From contig SHBX01000012.1 in assembly GCA_004211785.1 (NCBI GenBank), positions 1,368-65,367 on the forward strand: DNA of 64,000 nucleotides, read 5' to 3'. The translations under genes and the position numbers were made by a program. Below are positions 59,503-64,000 of the stretch, piece after piece (position 1 is the stretch's first letter; each line of letters opens with the position of its first letter). A model generated the notes under the pieces. The model had not been told where the DNA came from and did no database searches. It saw only the letters and a list, made by a program, of their open reading frames with translations. Source of the stretch: Winogradskyella sp. Its GTDB lineage: Bacteria; Bacteroidota; Bacteroidia; Flavobacteriales; Flavobacteriaceae.

Positions 59503-59528
59503 GACTTGTGGCTTTTAAAAAGGTTTAA
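59503..59528 (-). promoter_or_regulatory. Variant ECF-type promoter TTAAAC-N16-AGTC
   Basis: Same spacing as the two TGTAAC-N16-CGTC sites, upstream of lipoprotein gene. Confidence 0.4.
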
Positions 59529-59587
59529 TTAGAGCTTCAAAAAACCTAAATAATTATCTTTTAGATTTGTAACTCTTTAATTTTTCC

Positions 59588-59618
59588 TATATTTGCCGCC
59601 TGAAAGAACGACTTTCAG
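59588..59618 (+). promoter_or_regulatory. rpsO -7 element and leader hairpin (candidate S15 autoregulatory leader)
   Basis: TATATTTG at 59588-95 then CTGAAAG-aacga-CTTTCAG hairpin at 59600-59618. Confidence 0.55.
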
Positions 59619-59650
59619 TATACATAACAATTATTTACAATAATATTAGC

Positions 59651-59920
59651 ATGTACGTTACAAAAGAACAGAAAGAAGAAATCTTCACTAAACACGGTAA
59701 AGGAAAGAATGATACCGGTTCTGCTGAAGGGCAAATTGCATTATTTACTGCAAGAATTAACCACTTAACTGAGCACTTAAAAAACAATCGTAAAGATTAC
59801 AATACAGAGCGTTCGTTAGTAAAACTAGTAGGTAAGCGTCGCGCATTACTTGACTACTTAACTAAGAAAGATATCTTAAGATATCGTGCGATAGTTAAAG
59901 AATTAGGATTAAGAAAATAA
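59651..59920 (+). CDS. rpsO: 30S ribosomal protein S15
   Basis: DTGSAEGQIA, RINHLTEHL, LVGKRR, LGLRK. Confidence 0.98.
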   Translation: MYVTKEQKEEIFTKHGKGKNDTGSAEGQIALFTARINHLTEHLKNNRKDYNTERSLVKLVGKRRALLDYLTKKDILRYRAIVKELGLRK

Positions 59921-59930
59921 TCTAAATATA

Positions 59931-59958
59931 AAGACCACGCCTAACAGCGTGGTTTTTT
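59931..59958 (+). terminator. Terminator after rpsO
   Basis: ACCACGC/GCGTGGT stem plus T-tract. Confidence 0.8.
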
Positions 59959-60114
59959 ATTATCATATAACGCAATCGAAAGCGTATAACATTCGAATTG
60001 AAGAAGCTAATTACAGTTTTTCATTGGTCACTACAACAACTACACACAACAACACAACGACCATTGTTTAACAAGACTTTGATAGCTAAATATCAAAGCG
60101 TGAATTAAAAATTT

Positions 60115-62379
60115 ATGATTCCAAAGACTTACAAAGAGGTCATTGACCTTGGTGATGGTAGAGAAATTTCTATCGAAACCGGAAAATTAGCAAAACAGGC
60201 ACATGGTTCTGTTGTTGTTCAGTCAGGCAAGTGTATGATGTTATGTACAGTTGTTTCAAATTACAAACAATCTCCCGTAGATTTTTTACCATTAACGGTA
60301 GATTATCGTGAAAAATTTGCAGCTGCAGGTCGTTATCCTGGAGGTTTCTTCAAAAGAGAAGCAAGACCAAGTGATGGTGAAGTATTAACAATGCGTTTAG
60401 TAGACAGAGTTTTACGTCCATTATTTCCAAAAGATTATCATTCTGAAGTACAAGTGATGATTCAGTTAATGTCTCATGACGAAAACGTTATGCCAGACGC
60501 TATGGCTGGTTTAGCAGCATCAGCAGCTATACAATTATCAGATTTTCCTTTTGAATGTGCTATCTCTGAAGCAAGAGTGGCGCGTGTAGATGGTCAATTT
60601 ATCATCAATCCAACGAGAGCGCAATTAGCAGAGTCTGACATCGATATGATGATTGGAGCATCAGCCGATTCTGTAATGATGGTTGAAGGTGAAATGGATG
60701 AGATTTCTGAAGAAGAAATGGCAGACGCCATTAAGTTTGCACATGAAGCTATTAAAGTACAATGTGCTGCGCAAGTAAGGTTAGCTGAAGCTGTTGGAAA
60801 GAAAGAAACTCGTGAATACGAAGGAGAAAGAGAAGATTTAGATTTAGCTCAAAAAATTTATGATATGGCATACGATAAAGTATATGCTATAGCAAAAGCT
60901 GGTTCTTCTAAGAAAGAACGCGGCATGGCTTTTTCTGAAATTAAAGAAGAAATTAAAGCAACATTCTCTGAAGAAGAATTAGAGGATTTTGGGGATTTAG
61001 TCTCAAAATATTACAATAAAGCTGAAAAAGCTGCGATTAGAAACCTAACCTTAGATGAAGGTTTGCGTCTGGATGGTCGTAAGACTGACGAAATTAGACC
61101 AATTTGGTGTGAGGTAGACTATTTACCATCAACACATGGTTCGTCTGTATTTACACGTGGAGAAACACAAGCATTAGCTACAGTAACTTTAGGGACCTCT
61201 AGAGATGCAAATAAAATAGATATGCCATCTTACGAAGGTGAGGAGAATTTCTATTTACATTATAACTTCCCACCTTTTTGTACAGGTGAAGCTAGACCAT
61301 TAAGAGGAACCTCTCGTAGAGAAGTTGGTCATGGTAATTTAGCACAACGTGGTTTAAAAGGAATGATTCCAGACGATTGCCCTTACACAGTAAGAGTTGT
61401 ATCAGAAGTATTAGAATCTAACGGTTCTTCTTCTATGGCAACTGTTTGTGCTGGTACAATGGCATTAATGGATGCAGGTGTACAAATGACAAGACCAGTT
61501 TCTGGTATTGCCATGGGATTAATTTCTGATGCAGAGTCTGGAAAATACGCTGTATTATCCGATATTTTAGGTGATGAAGATCATTTAGGAGATATGGATT
61601 TTAAAGTAACAGGTACAGCTGAAGGTATTACAGCTTGCCAGATGGATATTAAAGTCAAAGGATTAAGCTACGAGATTTTAGTAAATGCATTACAACAAGC
61701 TCGTGACGGTCGTTTACATATCTTAAGTAAACTAACTGATACTATTGAAGCGCCTAACGCTGAAGTTAAGGAGCACGCACCTACTATGGTAACGCGTCGT
61801 ATTCCTAACGAATTTATTGGTGCATTAATTGGACCTGGCGGAAAAGTAATTCAAGAAATGCAAAAAGAAACTGAGACCACTATCGTTATTAACGAAGATC
61901 CAGTGACTGAAGAAGGTATCGTAGAAATTTTAGGCGTTGGCAGTACAGGTATTGATGCTGTTATGGCAAAAATAGATTCGTTATTATTTAAGCCAGAAGT
62001 TGGTAGCGTTTACGAAGTAAAAGTGATTAAAATGCTTGATTTTGGTGCTGTTGTAGAATACATGGAAGCACCAGGAAACGAAGTGTTATTACACGTATCT
62101 GAGTTAGCTTGGGAACGTACAGAAAATGTGTCTGATGTTGTAAACATGGGCGATGTATTTGATGTAAAATACTTTGGTTTAGACAAACGTACGCGTAAAG
62201 AAAAAGTATCTCGTAAGGCTATTTTACCAAAACCAGAAGGTTATGTTGAAAGACCACCAAGAGATAACAACCGTAACGGACGTGACAACAGAGGTCGCGA
62301 CAACCGTGGACGTGATAACAGAGGAAGAGATAATCGCAGAGACGATAGAAAACCTAGAGAAGATAAGAAGGAAGATTAA
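60115..62379 (+). CDS. pnp: Polyribonucleotide nucleotidyltransferase
   Basis: [44 protein letters not shown] and S1 domains. Confidence 0.98.
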   Translation: MIPKTYKEVIDLGDGREISIETGKLAKQAHGSVVVQSGKCMMLCTVVSNYKQSPVDFLPLTVDYREKFAAAGRYPGGFFKREARPSDGEVLTMRLVDRVLRPLFPKDYHSEVQVMIQLMSHDENVMPDAMAGLAASAAIQLSDFPFECAISEARVARVDGQFIINPTRAQLAESDIDMMIGASADSVMMVEGEMDEISEEEMADAIKFAHEAIKVQCAAQVRLAEAVGKKETREYEGEREDLDLAQKIYDMAYDKVYAIAKAGSSKKERGMAFSEIKEEIKATFSEEELEDFGDLVSKYYNKAEKAAIRNLTLDEGLRLDGRKTDEIRPIWCEVDYLPSTHGSSVFTRGETQALATVTLGTSRDANKIDMPSYEGEENFYLHYNFPPFCTGEARPLRGTSRREVGHGNLAQRGLKGMIPDDCPYTVRVVSEVLESNGSSSMATVCAGTMALMDAGVQMTRPVSGIAMGLISDAESGKYAVLSDILGDEDHLGDMDFKVTGTAEGITACQMDIKVKGLSYEILVNALQQARDGRLHILSKLTDTIEAPNAEVKEHAPTMVTRRIPNEFIGALIGPGGKVIQEMQKETETTIVINEDPVTEEGIVEILGVGSTGIDAVMAKIDSLLFKPEVGSVYEVKVIKMLDFGAVVEYMEAPGNEVLLHVSELAWERTENVSDVVNMGDVFDVKYFGLDKRTRKEKVSRKAILPKPEGYVERPPRDNNRNGRDNRGRDNRGRDNRGRDNRRDDRKPREDKKED

Positions 62380-62400
62380 TTTCTTTTAATCATTTGATAT

Positions 62401-62433
62401 AAAAAAGCTCATCAAAATTTTGATGGGCTTTTT
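62401..62433. terminator. Bidirectional terminator
   Basis: AAAAAGCTCATCAA/TTGATGGGCTTTTT. Confidence 0.8.
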
Positions 62434-62460
62434 TATTTTATAGAAAGCCTATTATTCTTA

Positions 62461-63195
62461 CTAATATTCAAAAGAGAATGAATTAACTAGGTTAATATTG
62501 TAAGGAATATCATCAGTAAACCCATCAGTTTGAAAACCGTTTTTATTTTTATACCACCTAATCTTAAAACTTTGAGCAGATTCTGGTGCACTATAGTATA
62601 CAATTGAATTTACATTAGTTCCTGTCCAAGAAGCTTCCTCGTAGGGACCAATACTGCCACCTCCAGGTAAAGGTTCTGCAGGATAATGAGTGTTTTCTAT
62701 ACCAAAATTCTCAATATTTGTTCTCTTTACATTAGAAGATGGCGGTGCAAAAAAATCAATTTTAATAAAATCATTTTCATCAAAAGGATTAGTGTTATTT
62801 ACAAATATTTTAAATTTAATAAACTTATCAGTTTTTATAATAATAGGCTCATCAATTGGATAATTTCTAAATATTCCAGAACCTAAATAGTCATCATCGC
62901 CATGATAAACAACTGTAGCATATGCGTTTAAGTCGTTCAATAGATTTACTGAAAAAAGACCATTTACATCTGTTCTTACCACTGTACTATCTAGTACTCT
63001 TGTATAAGAGAACCATCCCGAGCCAAAAGTCTTTCTTGTCATTACCTTTACTAATTGGTTTTCAATTCCGTCTTGATTGATAGAGCGTTCAACTTTACCA
63101 TTAATGGTTATATATTCGGCGTCATCAACGCTACAACTTGAAGCCAAAAAAGAAAACATTAATAATAAACTAATATTCATACCTAAATTTTTCAT
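62461..63195 (-). CDS. Hypothetical lipoprotein
   Basis: Lipobox ASSC followed by SVDD; beta-rich. Confidence 0.75.
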   Translation of the reverse strand: MKNLGMNISLLLMFSFLASSCSVDDAEYITINGKVERSINQDGIENQLVKVMTRKTFGSGWFSYTRVLDSTVVRTDVNGLFSVNLLNDLNAYATVVYHGDDDYLGSGIFRNYPIDEPIIIKTDKFIKFKIFVNNTNPFDENDFIKIDFFAPPSSNVKRTNIENFGIENTHYPAEPLPGGGSIGPYEEASWTGTNVNSIVYYSAPESAQSFKIRWYKNKNGFQTDGFTDDIPYNINLVNSFSFEY

Positions 63196-63329
63196 AAGTC
63201 ATCCTTTTAAATTTGAATTTAAAACTACTTGTGATATTTAAGTTTTAGCTAATAAAAAAAGTGACTTTAAAATAAAATTTTTGTAATTTTTACAATTAAT
63301 TGCAGGAAATCAATCAAAAACATTAATAT

Positions 63330-64000
63330 ATGCAAAATCAGTTTATCCGCTATTTAAAAGAAAAAAGTACAAGTACCAGCTCATTTGTAGATGAAATAGC
63401 TACGGTTCTAGATATTGGATATGATGCTGCTTACAGACGTATAAATATGAAAACTAACTTAACATTAGAAGAAAGTGTTAAGCTTGCAAAATATTATAAA
63501 ATTTCATTAAATAAGCTTTATGAAGTTGGAAGTCAAAATACAATTCTTGCTGAAAAATCTCCAATCATAGCTAACGAAAAGCACTTAGAAGATTACTTCA
63601 GCAAGTCAATAGAAAATCTAAAACCCTTAACGCAACTGAAGAGTGCATCCATCCTATATTCGGCTAAAGACATCCCATTATTTTATACATTAAAAGACTC
63701 TTATATTACTCGTTATAAAATATATGTTTGGTTAAAACTAACCAATAAAGAAATGACTAAAAACAAAGTCTCTTTTGATGATTTTATAAATACAATTCCA
63801 AAATCATTATTAGATCGAGCCTTTGAGCTTGGTGAAACCTATAATTACATAGGCATAACAGAATTCTGGAACGACAATACCATCAACGGGACACTACAAC
63901 AAATTATCTATTTTTTCGAATCTCAACTATTGTCAAAAGATTTGGCTTTAAAAATTTGTGATGATTTGGAAGACATTATCCATCATGTTGAAGAGCAAAC
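63330..64000 (+). CDS. HTH-domain (BetR-like) putative regulator, truncated by window end
   Basis: Read manually (absent from ORF track): MQNQFIRYLK..FVDEIATVLDIGYDAAYRRIN..LTLEES..AKDIPLF..TEFWND; open to end of window. Confidence 0.75.
   Translation, partial: MQNQFIRYLKEKSTSTSSFVDEIATVLDIGYDAAYRRINMKTNLTLEESVKLAKYYKISLNKLYEVGSQNTILAEKSPIIANEKHLEDYFSKSIENLKPLTQLKSASILYSAKDIPLFYTLKDSYITRYKIYVWLKLTNKEMTKNKVSFDDFINTIPKSLLDRAFELGETYNYIGITEFWNDNTINGTLQQIIYFFESQLLSKDLALKICDDLEDIIHHVEEQ

Noticed and set aside
1-64000. tRNA, rRNA, IS elements, defence systems
   Set aside because: No cloverleaf, rRNA-like, transposase, RT or restriction/cas motifs recognised by eye; a covariance-model scan would be needed to exclude small ncRNAs.

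Overview
AT-rich (roughly one-third GC) chromosomal segment of a marine Flavobacteriaceae member (Winogradskyella-like gene order; Bacteroidetes TAnnTTTG promoters, T9SS genes, Na+-NQR). Left to right: a kynurenine (tryptophan catabolism) operon (kynU, kmo, 2-aminomuconate deaminase, aminomuconate-semialdehyde dehydrogenase, atypical SDR, HAD, ACMSD); an M1 peptidase with three tandem CarboxypepD_reg-like paralogs; pepE; a four-gene locus of secreted phage-fibre-like proteins ending in a type-B T9SS CTD protein, whose first gene is split by a 1-nt deletion; gpmI/map; apbE and nqrABCDEF; T9SS plug; an animal-type GAD/CSAD-like decarboxylase; apaG, pruA, a T9SS alpha/beta hydrolase, rsmG, desaturase, aminotransferase, trkAH, menG/ubiE, porT, tamL, fbaA, accD, rpsO, pnp, and a truncated HTH gene at the end. 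I found no rRNA, tRNA, CRISPR array, transposase or prophage. The best leads are the fibre-like locus (15.2-19.9 kb) and the Tyr-less SDR in the kynurenine operon, a candidate for the reduction to 2-oxoadipate. Others are recurring ECF-type promoters, REP-like hairpin repeats between nqrA and nqrB, and a CA-rich stem-loop in the pnp leader. All family assignments come from motif recognition by eye, not database searches.
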